DNA of 64,000 nucleotides, from positions 47,616,001 through 47,680,000 of the forward strand of contig NC_087251.1 of NCBI RefSeq assembly GCF_037042905.1, given 5' to 3'. The position numbers were made by a program, and so were the translations under genes. Of this stretch, positions 63,952 through 64,000 are shown in pieces; positions within the stretch are counted from its first letter, which is position 1; every line of letters begins with the position of its first letter. The DNA comes from Lytechinus pictus (Eukaryota). A model generated the notes under the pieces. It saw only the letters and a list, made by a program, of their open reading frames with translations. It had not been told where the DNA came from and did not search any database.

Positions 63952-63962
63952 GTTAAGGAAAA
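63952..63962 (-). promoter_or_regulatory. U12-type intron branch-point sequence (TTTTCCTTAAC) before an AREL1 acceptor
   Basis: Minus strand reads ...ttttccttaaccgtgacag|GCTTGAAC: a perfect U12 branch consensus with the branch A about 10 nt from the 3' splice site and no polypyrimidine tract between them. Confidence 0.8.
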
Positions 63963-64000
63963 TATCAAATGTGATTCATGATAATAATAATAACTCTCAT

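Overview
AT-rich eukaryotic (animal) genomic DNA with spliceosomal introns. The repeat content (tRNA-derived SINEs with ATT tails, GG..CC/CAC..GTG/TTAA MITEs) and the protein sequences suggest a marine invertebrate deuterostome, probably a sea urchin (inference). I rebuilt three multi-exon genes by hand from splice sites and frame continuity. ARL2 is on + (exons 2-5, 4119-8767; exon 1 lies upstream of the window). An LRRC74A-like LRR protein with two EF-hands is on - (12 coding exons, 29476-14128; start codon unresolved). The 3' end of the HECT ligase AREL1 is on - (last 3 exons, 63943-61280). There is also an intronless GC-rich orphan ORF (-, 50018-49401, 205 aa). The rest is packed with non-autonomous DNA transposons, many with readable TSDs and often nested, plus SINEs, tandem duplications, microsatellites and one assembly gap (24047-24210). 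Best leads: U12 minor-spliceosome branch sites in AREL1 and probably ARL2; a 1.1-kb palindrome with a triplicated hairpin apex; MITEs carrying a fixed-spacing RFX X-box + CCAAT module in a probable ciliary gene; a duplicated terminal acceptor in ARL2; and a SINE tail abutting an AREL1 splice donor. No CRISPR array, rRNA or intact transposase gene was seen.
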